Shown here: positions 20,055 to 28,818 of the stretch, one piece after another
Position numbering within the stretch: position 1 is the stretch's first letter
Layout of the letters: every line of letters begins with the position of its first letter
Assembly (NCBI GenBank): GCA_965247095.1
Contig: OZ251997.1
Location: forward strand, 4,320,001-4,384,000
DNA length: 64,000 nucleotides
Direction of reading: 5' to 3'
Source of the DNA: Candidatus Multivorans sp.
GTDB taxonomy: Bacteria > Acidobacteriota > Thermoanaerobaculia > Multivoradales > Multivoraceae
Program-made: the position numbers and the translations under genes
Notes under the pieces: generated by a model
The model's input: the letters and a program-made list of their open reading frames with translations, nothing else
The model's database searches: none
What the model was told of the DNA's origin: nothing

Positions 20055-20972
20055 CTACGTCGGATCCCAGGTGAACACGTCCGTCGTCCGGTCGAGGTCG
20101 TGGAACGACCCGGCCAGGGCCGGCATGCCGTGCTCGGCGATCGCCTCCGGGGTCCAGCCGCCGCCGTTGTGGACCGAGCGGATCGGCCGCGGTTGGCTCA
20201 TCAAGAAGATCTCGTTCTTGCGTACGGCGAAGATCTGACCGCTCACGTCCTTCGCGGCATCGCTCAGCAGGTACACCGCAAGCGGTGCGACCAGGGCCGG
20301 CGTCATCGCCTGCATCTTCGCCACCCGCGCGGCCTGGGCCGGGTCCGCGGTCGGAATCGTGCCGATCAGGCGCGACCAGGCGAACGGGGCGATGCAATTC
20401 GAGCGCACCTCGAAGCGCTGCATGTCGAGGGCAAGGGACTTGGACAACCCGACGATGCCGAGCTTGGCGGCGGCGTAGTTCGCCTGGCCGAAGTTGCCGA
20501 TCAGTCCCGAAGTCGAGGTCATGTGGACGAAGGCGCCGCCGATCTGCTTGCGGTAGTGGGGGGCGGCAGCCCGCGCCATGTTGAAGCTGCCCTTGAGATG
20601 GACGGCGATCACGGCGTCCCAGTCGCTCTCGGTCATCTTGTGGAAGATGCCGTCGCGGAGGATGCCGGCGTTGTTGACGATGCCGTCGACCTGGCCGTAG
20701 CAGTCCAGAGCCTGTTCGATGATCCGCCCGGCGGCGTCGAAGTCGGCGACGTTCTCGTAGTTCGCGGCGGCCCGTCCTCCCGCGGCCACGATCTCGTCGA
20801 CCGCGGCCTGGGCAGGCGTCTGGTCGGCGCCGTCGCCGCGCTCCGAACCGCCGAGGTCGTTGACGATCACCGACGCGCCGTGGGCGGCCGCGAGCAGGGC
20901 GATCTCACGGCCGATGCCGCGGCCCGCGCCGGTGACGACGAGCACCTTCTCGTGGAGCATGCGAGTGTTCAT
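20055..20972 (-). CDS. SDR-family oxidoreductase (3-hydroxyacyl-CoA dehydrogenase/MFE-2-like)
   Basis: TGAGRGIG, VNDLGG, NNAGILRD and YAAAK. Confidence 0.92.
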   Translation of the reverse strand: MNTRMLHEKVLVVTGAGRGIGREIALLAAAHGASVIVNDLGGSERGDGADQTPAQAAVDEIVAAGGRAAANYENVADFDAAGRIIEQALDCYGQVDGIVNNAGILRDGIFHKMTESDWDAVIAVHLKGSFNMARAAAPHYRKQIGGAFVHMTSTSGLIGNFGQANYAAAKLGIVGLSKSLALDMQRFEVRSNCIAPFAWSRLIGTIPTADPAQAARVAKMQAMTPALVAPLAVYLLSDAAKDVSGQIFAVRKNEIFLMSQPRPIRSVHNGGGWTPEAIAEHGMPALAGSFHDLDRTTDVFTWDPT

Positions 20973-20989
20973 TCTGGGGCCTCCAGCTT

Positions 20990-22165
20990 TCAGGCCGCGG
21001 CGATCGCGGCGATGGTTCGACAACCGTCGAGATACTCCTGCACGTCGACGTACTCGTCCACGGTGTGGGGATTGTGCTGTCCCGCGCCCAGGGTCACCGT
21101 GGCCAGACCCTTGGCGTTCAGGTAGTTCGCGTCGAGTCCGCCGTTCGCAACCAGGTACTCGGGCTCCGCGCCGAGGACTGCTCGCACCCGGTCCGCCGCA
21201 AGCTGCACGGGCGGCGATTCGGTCGACATCTCGAACGCCTCGTAGTCGTGTTCAGCGCGGAAGTCGACGTGGCCGCAGGTGCCGTCGGCGCTTGTGACGC
21301 TCTTGGCGGCGCTCTCGAAGGCGTTGCGGTAGGCGGCCGTGATCCGCGCTAGAAAGGCCTTGTCGTGGCTGCGCGACTCTCCGGACACGAAGACGTGGTC
21401 CGTGACCTGGTTGCTCGCTTCCCCGCCGGCCATGCGGCCGATGTTCGAGGTGCCGCTGCCGGCCGGGAGCTCGATCTTGCCGAAAAGGCCCTGGGCGGCG
21501 ACGTCGGCGACAGCGCGCGAGGCGATCAGTGCCGCCGAAACGCCGCGTTCCGGATGGACGCCGGCGTGCGAGGAGCGGCCGTATACATCGACCTCCCACC
21601 GATCCGCGCCGGTCGCGCCGATGATCAGGACGTGCGGCGCGCCGGAGTCGATGTTGAAGCCCATCTCCGGGTTCCCGAGTCGCTCCAACTCGACCGTGCG
21701 TGCGCCCCACAGGCCGATCTCCTCGCCGACCGTCATCAGTACGGTGATCGGCGGCCGCTGCACGTCCTGCGCGAGCAGGGTCTCGATCATCGTGACCAGG
21801 CAGCCGATCGAGGTCCGGTTGTCGCCGCCGAGCGCGGTGTTGCCCTCCGCCTCGATCTTTCCGTTCCGGCGCACCGGCACCGCGCCGCGGCAGAGCGGCA
21901 CCGTGTCGAGATGCCCCATGAACAGTCGCCGCGGTCCCGGCCGGGTGCCGGGGATCGTGACGATCAGGTTGCCGATCTCGAAGTCGCGCGGGATGCGCTC
22001 GTGCGCGTCGTCATGCCCGATCCAGGAGGGTTCGCAGCCGGCGGCCAGCAGCTTCTCCCGGACCGCCGCCGCGACCTGGGCCTCGCGGCCGCTCAGGCCT
22101 TCGATCCTGAGCAGGTCCATGAGGTGGTCGAGGGCGCGGGTCTCGTTGATGTTGGGTGTCGTCAT
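20990..22165 (-). CDS. M20/M25/M40 metallopeptidase (peptidase T-like)
   Basis: GHLDTV, GGDNR, EEIG, SSHAGVHPERG and HTVDEY. Confidence 0.9.
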   Translation of the reverse strand: MTTPNINETRALDHLMDLLRIEGLSGREAQVAAAVREKLLAAGCEPSWIGHDDAHERIPRDFEIGNLIVTIPGTRPGPRRLFMGHLDTVPLCRGAVPVRRNGKIEAEGNTALGGDNRTSIGCLVTMIETLLAQDVQRPPITVLMTVGEEIGLWGARTVELERLGNPEMGFNIDSGAPHVLIIGATGADRWEVDVYGRSSHAGVHPERGVSAALIASRAVADVAAQGLFGKIELPAGSGTSNIGRMAGGEASNQVTDHVFVSGESRSHDKAFLARITAAYRNAFESAAKSVTSADGTCGHVDFRAEHDYEAFEMSTESPPVQLAADRVRAVLGAEPEYLVANGGLDANYLNAKGLATVTLGAGQHNPHTVDEYVDVQEYLDGCRTIAAIAAA

Positions 22166-22263
22166 GCTCCGGTCCGGGTTGGGTTCTGGGGCGGAAGTTC
22201 GCGATCCTACTGCCTCTGTGTGACCGCTGAAGGCCTTGTCGGCCGTCTCGTAAACTGCCCCCC

Positions 22264-23724
22264 ATGTCACGAACAGTCTGTTTCGCTCTTCCTGCAGTTC
22301 TCCTGCTGGCCGCGTGCGAGATTCCGCAGTCCGCCGACACCGTCTCGGACCGCCCCCCCAACTTCGTCATCGTCTTCGCCGACGACCTCGGCTGGGGCGA
22401 TCTGGGCAGTTACGGCGCGCCGGTGATTCGGACCCCGAACCTGGACCGGATGGCGGCCGAGGGTCAGCGCTGGACGAACTTCTACGTCACCGCTTCTGTC
22501 TGTTCTCCGAGCCGGGCGGGGTTGCTGACCGGGCGGTTGCCGGTGCGCAGCGGACTCTACGGCGATCGGGCCCGGGTGCTGTTCCCGGACTTCGTGGGCG
22601 GCATCCAGGACGAGGAGGTGACGATCGCCGAGGCGCTGAGCGACCTCGGGTATGCGACGGGCATGTTCGGCAAGTGGCACCTGGGCGATCGGCCGCAGTA
22701 CCTGCCGACCCGGCACGGCTTCGACTACTGGCTCGGCATTCCCTACTCGAACGACATGATGGCGACCCTGGAGCGGGAAGAGCGCCGCGCCGCGTTCCTG
22801 GACCCGAAGATCGAGTACTGGAACGTGCCCCTGATCCGGTCCCGCCGCGCCGCGGACGGAGAGGGCGCCGGCGAGGACGGCGTCGTCACCGAGGTGCTTG
22901 AACAGCCCGCGGACCAGACCACGATCACGAAGCGCTACGCCGAGGAGGCGGTGGACTTCATCCGCGCCCACCGGGACGAGCCGTTCTTCGTCTACCTGCC
23001 GCACAGCATGCCCCACGTGCCGCTGTTCCGGGCGCCCGAGTTCGAGGGCCACAGCGGCGCCGGGCTGTACGGCGACGTGATCGAGGAGATCGACTGGAGC
23101 GTAGGCCGCATCCTCGACACGCTCGAGGAGGAGGGGATCGCGGAGAACACCGTGGTGCTCTTCAGCAGCGACAACGGCCCGTGGACCGCTTTCCGCACCC
23201 AGGGGGGGGTGGCCGGGCCGCTCCGCGAAGGCAAGGGGATGACCTGGGACGGCGGCGTAAGGGTGCCGGGGCTGTTCTGGTGGCCCGGAACGATCGCTCC
23301 GGCGGTAGTCACGGACGAGATCGGGTCAACCAGCGACGTGTTTGCGACCTTCCTCGGTTTGGCCGGCGGCGCCATGCCGGACGACCGGCCGATGGACAGT
23401 CTCGATCTCGGACCGGTACTCCTGGGCGAGAGGGATGGGCCGCGCGACGAGATGGCGTTCTACCGCGGCAGCGAGCTCTACGCTTACCGGGTGCGTAACT
23501 ACAAGGCGCACTTCATCACCCAGGGCGCCTACGGCCTGGCAGGCGAACGAACCGAACATGACCCGCCCCTGCTCTACGGCCTGGCGCTCGACCCCGGTGA
23601 GCAATGGGACGTCGCGGCCGAGCAGCCGGAGGTCCTGGCTGAGGTTACGTCGCGCGCTTTGCAGCACCGGGCCGGAGTCATCGTGGCGCCGTCGGAGTTC
23701 GATCTCCGCACCGGCGTCGAGTGA
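22264..23724 (+). CDS. Formylglycine-dependent sulfatase (arylsulfatase family S1), lipoprotein
   Basis: FADDLGWGD, CSPSRAGLLTGR (CxPxR), GKWHLG, SDNG and lipobox LLAAC. Confidence 0.93.
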   Translation: MSRTVCFALPAVLLLAACEIPQSADTVSDRPPNFVIVFADDLGWGDLGSYGAPVIRTPNLDRMAAEGQRWTNFYVTASVCSPSRAGLLTGRLPVRSGLYGDRARVLFPDFVGGIQDEEVTIAEALSDLGYATGMFGKWHLGDRPQYLPTRHGFDYWLGIPYSNDMMATLEREERRAAFLDPKIEYWNVPLIRSRRAADGEGAGEDGVVTEVLEQPADQTTITKRYAEEAVDFIRAHRDEPFFVYLPHSMPHVPLFRAPEFEGHSGAGLYGDVIEEIDWSVGRILDTLEEEGIAENTVVLFSSDNGPWTAFRTQGGVAGPLREGKGMTWDGGVRVPGLFWWPGTIAPAVVTDEIGSTSDVFATFLGLAGGAMPDDRPMDSLDLGPVLLGERDGPRDEMAFYRGSELYAYRVRNYKAHFITQGAYGLAGERTEHDPPLLYGLALDPGEQWDVAAEQPEVLAEVTSRALQHRAGVIVAPSEFDLRTGVE

Positions 23725-23781
23725 ACGGCCCGCGACGAGCGGCCGGGAAACGGGTATTCGCCCGCATCGAGCGACCAGGCC

Positions 23782-24006
23782 TCAGGAGCCGGCGTCGTCT
23801 GAGCGCTCCCGGCGCCCTTCGCCTTCCGTGGTCTGCTTTAGATCCTCCGCGAGTCTCTTCAGCTGTTGGATGCGCCGTTGCCAGAGCAGGGCTTCGCGGG
23901 CGACCTGCCTACCGGCCCGGATGCTGCGCAGCCACCAGCCGAAGATCGCGCCGACCAGGGCCGCGGCGGCGACCCAGAACCAGATCTCGAGCAGGATGTA
24001 GAGCAT
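23782..24006 (-). CDS. Small single-TM protein (ArfB-like position)
   Basis: MLYILLEIWFWVAAAALVGAIFGWWLRSIR followed by a charged helix, 10 bp downstream of the BON-OmpA gene. Confidence 0.7.
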   Translation of the reverse strand: MLYILLEIWFWVAAAALVGAIFGWWLRSIRAGRQVAREALLWQRRIQQLKRLAEDLKQTTEGEGRRERSDDAGS

Positions 24007-24016
24007 CGGTGTCGGT

Positions 24017-25054
24017 TCAGGGTCGGTGAAGCACGCGGAACCTGATGCGCGGAGTCGAGCCGTCGCCGGTGTCCGCGGCGTCGTCGCCGTTTGTCGCAAG
24101 CGGGCGGTCGCTGCCGTAGCCGACCGCCAGCAACCGGTCCGGATGAATGCTGGCCGACAGAGCGTCGCGCACGGCGCTGGCCTGTTCGAGACTGAGCGAC
24201 CGGTTTGCCGCGGGATCGCCGCCGGCGTCCGTATGGGCGAGGATCTCGACCCGGATCTCGGAGATGTCGGCCAGCGCGGCGCCGATCTCGCCGATCGTGG
24301 CCCTGGCCTCCTCGGTGAGGGCCGACGTGCGGTCCTCGAACTCGATCGCCCCACGTTCCAGCACGCTGCGGATGCGGTTCTCAGCTTCGTGGTTTACGGC
24401 CACGCGTAAAACCCTCATCCGATTGGCGATGTTCCAGCCGGCATTGGCCGCGGCTCCGATCGAGGTGATCTCGAACGTCAGGTGGTCGCGCAGGCCTTCG
24501 CTGGACGTGTGACCGGTCAGAGTCAGCGTTCTGTCCTCGAGCCGCAGGCCCGGGGCGCCGTCCAACCGGCGCAGAAGCTGGATCAGCCTCGGCAGGGTGG
24601 AGAGCCAGGGAGGTTCGGTCACGGAGCTGTCGACGTCGGTCTCGTCGATCACGTTGCCCTGGCCGACGATGGCGGCAGCAGCGTCGAACAGCTCCTGCCT
24701 GCTCTCGGACGTTGGCATCTGGCCCCGGAGCAACCAGATGTCGCCGTCGGGACCGAACTCGAAGGAGGGACCGATGGCCATCTCCAGCCGGCTGTCGACG
24801 CTCCGGACTCCGAGTGTCGCGGCCGCGCGCCGCGCCGCCTCGACTCCGATCTCGGCGAAGGCGACTGTGCCGGAGAGCGTCACGTCGCGTCCGCTCGCCT
24901 GCACACTCAGGTTGCGGACGCCGACATCGGCCAGCGCCGCCGCGGTTCGCGCCTCGATCTCGGCCTGGATGCGTGGTCCCTCGAGGGCGAAGCAGGCAAG
25001 AACCAGGGTCAGGATCGACGCCGTGCCCACCAGGATCACGCTCGGCTCTCTCAT
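24017..25054 (-). CDS. BON + OmpA-like C-terminal domain protein (ArfA/Rv0899-like)
   Basis: N-terminal TM, BON motif SGRDVTLSG...GVRSVDSRL, and OmpA-C-like AHTDAGGD...NRSLS...GYGSDRP. Confidence 0.8.
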   Translation of the reverse strand: MREPSVILVGTASILTLVLACFALEGPRIQAEIEARTAAALADVGVRNLSVQASGRDVTLSGTVAFAEIGVEAARRAAATLGVRSVDSRLEMAIGPSFEFGPDGDIWLLRGQMPTSESRQELFDAAAAIVGQGNVIDETDVDSSVTEPPWLSTLPRLIQLLRRLDGAPGLRLEDRTLTLTGHTSSEGLRDHLTFEITSIGAAANAGWNIANRMRVLRVAVNHEAENRIRSVLERGAIEFEDRTSALTEEARATIGEIGAALADISEIRVEILAHTDAGGDPAANRSLSLEQASAVRDALSASIHPDRLLAVGYGSDRPLATNGDDAADTGDGSTPRIRFRVLHRP

Positions 25055-25108
25055 CGTCTTTGTTGCCAGTGCAGGTGTGAAGAGGTTGCTCTGTGGCGCG
25101 TATCGGCG

Positions 25109-25576
25109 CTACTGCGAGGTGTGGTCCGCGACGATCAGCCACTGCTCGCTGTGCTGCTCGAACAGCAGGGTGAACAGCCCGGTCGGTTCGTCGGCCTCGC
25201 GGCTCAACCGGAAGCGGCCGAAGACCATGGCGGCATGCTCGGACAGCACGCGCACGTCCAGGTTCTCGAAGGCGAGCGTTCCCATCGCGGCGCGGTCGGG
25301 GTACCGCTGGTGGTAGCGCTGAAGGGTCTGTCTCCAGCCGCGCTGGACCTCGTTGCCCGAAGTGAACCGCAGTTCATCGCTGTTCAGATAGCCGGCCATG
25401 AAGCCGTCGATGTCGCCCTCGTTCCAGGCTTCCACCTGCATGTCGAGCACGTCGAGCACCGCTGCCGCGACGGTCTGGGGGTCGAACTCCGGGGCCGGTT
25501 CGTCGAGCGCCGGCGGTTCGCAGGAGGCGAACAGCAGGAGTGCGGCGATGCCGGCGCAGGCGGTAGCGACGCGCAC
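25109..25576 (-). CDS. NTF2/SnoaL-like (DUF4440-type) lipoprotein
   Basis: Lipobox LFASC, AWNEGDIDGFMAGY, GLFTLLF and WLIVADHTS. Confidence 0.85.
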   Translation of the reverse strand: MRVATACAGIAALLLFASCEPPALDEPAPEFDPQTVAAAVLDVLDMQVEAWNEGDIDGFMAGYLNSDELRFTSGNEVQRGWRQTLQRYHQRYPDRAAMGTLAFENLDVRVLSEHAAMVFGRFRLSREADEPTGLFTLLFEQHSEQWLIVADHTSQ

Positions 25577-26412
25577 TAGCTGGTTCCGGTCCGTTCCACG
25601 TGGATGTCGCGCAGTTCGATTTGCGAGACGAGGGGTAATTTCTCCTCGACGTAGACCGGGTTGATGTCGTCGACGGTCAGGCCGCCGTCCGGTGTGTTCA
25701 GGCCGTAGTTGTCCGCGTCGTAGAACAGCAGGCCGCCGATTCGCCGGTAGTTCGTCAGCACCCGGAAGCGGAGGCCGGTGCCTTCGCTGTAGTCGTAGGC
25801 GAACTGCTCGAGGCGGGCGGTCTCGGGATCGAACCAGTAGACGTAGGCGCTGTCAGCGCCGTCGCTGGCGCCAGGTTCGAAGGTGACCCGGACGCGGTGC
25901 AGTTGCCTTCCGTTCCACTCCTCGAGGCCCTGGTTCTCCTTGTAGGTGCCCGGATCGTTCAGCTTGTAGGGCAGGAAGAGGAAGTACATGCGTTGGTTGA
26001 CATGGCTCTCGGCGCGCACGTGTTCCGCCTCGTTCATCTCCATCGGCTCGCCGCCCTCGGTCACCTCGAGGGCCATGTTGTCGCGGCTGTACTCCGGTTC
26101 GTCGCTGCCGTTCGAGGCGCGGATCCGGTACTCGAAGCGGTCGCCGTCGACCATCGAGTCGACGTCGAAACTGCCGGAACGCGAAGCCACCGTCAGCTTG
26201 ACCCGGGACTGCTCGAAGAGTTCGCCGCCGTGGTGTTCGATCGCGCGGTCGACGATCTCGAGCCGTTCGGAGGTGCCGGGCGGAGGCTCGGGTCGGGGCT
26301 CCGGTTCGGGCTCGGCACCGGCGCACGCCACGAGGAGCGCTGCGGCGGCCAGAGCAAGCGTCGCCAGCAGGGTTGCGCGACGGTCGTCGCCGGCTGTTGC
26401 AGTTCGAGGCAT
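25576..26412 (-). CDS. Uncharacterised lipoprotein (DUF6503-like)
   Basis: Lipobox LVAC, IVDRAIEHHGG, YFLFLPYKLNDPG and YWFDPET. Confidence 0.7.
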   Translation of the reverse strand: MPRTATAGDDRRATLLATLALAAAALLVACAGAEPEPEPRPEPPPGTSERLEIVDRAIEHHGGELFEQSRVKLTVASRSGSFDVDSMVDGDRFEYRIRASNGSDEPEYSRDNMALEVTEGGEPMEMNEAEHVRAESHVNQRMYFLFLPYKLNDPGTYKENQGLEEWNGRQLHRVRVTFEPGASDGADSAYVYWFDPETARLEQFAYDYSEGTGLRFRVLTNYRRIGGLLFYDADNYGLNTPDGGLTVDDINPVYVEEKLPLVSQIELRDIHVERTGTS

Positions 26413-26531
26413 GACGTTCTCCTTCGATGCGGCGTGCGTTCTGCTGCGCATGGCGTCTGGCCATGTTAGCGGCCGAGCGGGTTGCGCTACTCTTGGCCGC
26501 TCACCCTCGAACAGCGGCTGGAGGCCAAGGC

Positions 26532-27374
26532 ATGACCGAGTACGACCTGATCAAGTACGACGTGGACGATCCCATCGCCACGATCACTCTCAACCGGCCG
26601 GAGCAGTTGAACGCGATCACCGGCAGCATGATGGCCGAGTTGAAGCACGCGATGGCGGCCGCCGAGCAGGACGAACGGGTGGTCGGCATCCTGCTCACCG
26701 GGGCCGGCCGCGGCTTCTGTGCCGGCGCCGACATGCAGGGCCTCCAGGCCACGAGTCGCGGCGAGGGCGGCAGCGGCGGCGGAAACGCGTTCGAAGACGC
26801 CCAGGCCGGTGCGATCGAGGAGATGGGCGCCGAGAATTTCGGCGTGACCTTCAACTACCTGATGGCGGTTCGCAAGCCGATCGTCGCCGCGATCAACGGC
26901 CCCTGCGCCGGTCTCGGTTTCGCCATCGCGATGCTCTGCGACGTCCGCATCGCTTCCGACCGCGCCGTTTTCGCCTCCGCCTTCGTCAACCGCGGACTGA
27001 TCGCCGAGCACGGCCTGAGCTGGATCCTGCCGCGCGTCGCCGGGCCGTCCAACGCGCTCGACATACTGTGGACGGGACGCAAGTTCTACGGCCCGGAGGC
27101 CGCCCAGATGGGCGTCGTCAACCGTTCCGTGCCGCACGACCAGGTCGTCCCCGAGGCCCAGAACTACATCCGGGCGCTCGCTGAGCGCTCCGCGCCGATG
27201 TCGCTCAAGGTCATCAAGCAGCAGGTGTACCGCCACCTGATGATGGACTCCGGCGACGCCCTACGCGAGTCGAACCGGTTGATGGCCGAGAGCCTGCAGC
27301 GCGACGACTTCAAGGAAGGCGTCGCCTCCTTCGTCGAGCGCCGGTCGCCGAACTTCCAGCGCATCACGAGCTAG
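26532..27374 (+). CDS. Enoyl-CoA hydratase/isomerase family protein
   Basis: LNRPEQLNA, TGAGRGFCAGADM, KPIVAAINGPCAG and DFKEGVASFVERR. Confidence 0.92.
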   Translation: MTEYDLIKYDVDDPIATITLNRPEQLNAITGSMMAELKHAMAAAEQDERVVGILLTGAGRGFCAGADMQGLQATSRGEGGSGGGNAFEDAQAGAIEEMGAENFGVTFNYLMAVRKPIVAAINGPCAGLGFAIAMLCDVRIASDRAVFASAFVNRGLIAEHGLSWILPRVAGPSNALDILWTGRKFYGPEAAQMGVVNRSVPHDQVVPEAQNYIRALAERSAPMSLKVIKQQVYRHLMMDSGDALRESNRLMAESLQRDDFKEGVASFVERRSPNFQRITS

Positions 27375-27468
27375 GAGCTTGCGCGGCAGAACGATCTGAC
27401 CTGGGAACGCGGGCATCCTGCCCGCATCCGGCGCGAAGCGCCGGCCTCCGGGAGTTCTGCCGCGCTAG
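27371..27468. repeat. REP/MITE-like palindromic element, copy A (short form)
   Basis: CTAG...GCGCGGCAGAAC (27381-27392) and its perfect inverse GTTCTGCCGCGC (27454-27465)...CTAG. Internal hairpins are GCGGGCA-TCC-TGCCCGC and CCGGCGC-GAA-GCGCCGG. Confidence 0.85.
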
Positions 27469-27668
27469 CCCGACAGCGCCCGGGCCGCCTTGTAGACCTC
27501 GACGTCGGAGGGCTGGGGGTCGCCTCGGAGTACCCGGATCGCTGCTTCAAGAGCCCACTCGAGGACGGCGTTGGCCGTCTCAGTTGGAAGCTCGATCGTG
27601 ATCAGAGGCTCGCCGTCCGTGGATCGAACGGTCGCTAAGTCGGTCGGCAAGTCCGCTGAGGCGAGCAA
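27465..27668 (-). CDS. Small hypothetical protein or gene remnant
   Basis: 67 aa ORF with a TTG start and globular-looking composition. Its stop lies in the CTAG at the end of repeat A. Confidence 0.35.
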   Translation of the reverse strand: MLASADLPTDLATVRSTDGEPLITIELPTETANAVLEWALEAAIRVLRGDPQPSDVEVYKAARALSG

Positions 27669-27742
27669 CCCGCCGCGCCTGAATCAACCAGACATCCGCC
27701 ACCTCGTCGGCTGACGAGTCGCCACCGGGCCGGATCGTCCGG

Positions 27743-28801
27743 CTAGTCGACGCGGTCCCGCCTTTCCTTGAGTTCGCGGAAGGTGGTCAGGACCAGCCCT
27801 TCCTCCTCGATCACCTGCTTCAGGCGCGGGTCGAGCATCGCCAGCATGTCGCCCTTGCGGCTGGGGCCGGAACTGGAGATGTACTTGAAGTTCTCGCTCG
27901 GGTCGGTGGAGTGCATGATGACCATCGTTAAGCCGGGGCGGAGGTCGCGCAGGCCCTGGATGTAGCGCTCGACCTTGTATTCCAGCAGCTCCTCGTCGGT
28001 GGCGTCGGCGCCGGCCTCGGGGACCCAGCCGTAGCTCAGGTTGTGGAGGTCGTCGAGCACCGGCAGGCCGCCGTCCCAGATCCGCCGGCCGAGTTCGGTG
28101 GCGCGGCCGAGGCCCGGCGGCGTGTCCCGATCCTGGGCCTCGTACTGCGCTTCGAGGATCGTGTTGTGGCCGCCCGGGAACATCAAGGGGATGCCCTCGT
28201 CGAGGCCGACAGCGATGTACCGCTCGAGGAAGTCCATGGTGGCGAACAGCGTGCCCATGTGGGAGTCGAGGTGGGTCGGTTCGAAGCCCATGGTGCGGGC
28301 GCGGTTGATCTGTTCGCGGACCTCTGCCTCCACCTCGTCGGGGGTCGCGTTGGCGACGACCTCGGCAACGCTGGACCACAGGGCGCCCTCCGGGTCGACC
28401 AGGCCGGGCGCTGCCTCGCGGCCCACGAGGGGGCCCCAACGGTAGTTGTCCCACTCGGCGGTCAGGGTCAGGTGAAGGCCGGCGTCGATCCCCGGGTTCT
28501 CCTTCAGACCCAGCACCAACTCCGGCACCCACGGGCAGGGCATCATCACGCTCATCGAGTTCGCGACTCCGTCGAGGATCGAGCGGAAGGCGCCGACGTT
28601 CGAGTCGTGCGACATGCCGGCGTCATCGACGTGCAGGATGACGGCCCGTGTGCCGGCGGGGAAGCCGAGCTTCTCGGCGTAGGTCTGGGCGGCGGCCGTA
28701 CCGGCCGTGAGGAAGGCTGCGGCCAGGCAGAGAGTGGCCGCGGCGGTGGCTCGAAATGTCGGTGCGGGTGTCTTGGTCCTGGGCATGGAGGTCGTCCTCA
28801 T
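27743..28801 (-). CDS. ChbG/YdjC-family carbohydrate deacetylase, secreted
   Basis: Signal peptide plus ILHVDDAGM, GLHLTLTAEW and PTHLDSHMG. Start is 28801 or 28786. Confidence 0.85.
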   Translation of the reverse strand: MRTTSMPRTKTPAPTFRATAAATLCLAAAFLTAGTAAAQTYAEKLGFPAGTRAVILHVDDAGMSHDSNVGAFRSILDGVANSMSVMMPCPWVPELVLGLKENPGIDAGLHLTLTAEWDNYRWGPLVGREAAPGLVDPEGALWSSVAEVVANATPDEVEAEVREQINRARTMGFEPTHLDSHMGTLFATMDFLERYIAVGLDEGIPLMFPGGHNTILEAQYEAQDRDTPPGLGRATELGRRIWDGGLPVLDDLHNLSYGWVPEAGADATDEELLEYKVERYIQGLRDLRPGLTMVIMHSTDPSENFKYISSSGPSRKGDMLAMLDPRLKQVIEEEGLVLTTFRELKERRDRVD

Positions 28802-28818
28802 TGGGTCGGCCGATCGAC

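Noticed and set aside
19985-20057. Hairpin-like sequence between thiolase and SDR as a terminator or REP
   Set aside because: The stem is weak, has no U-tract and has no second copy in the window.
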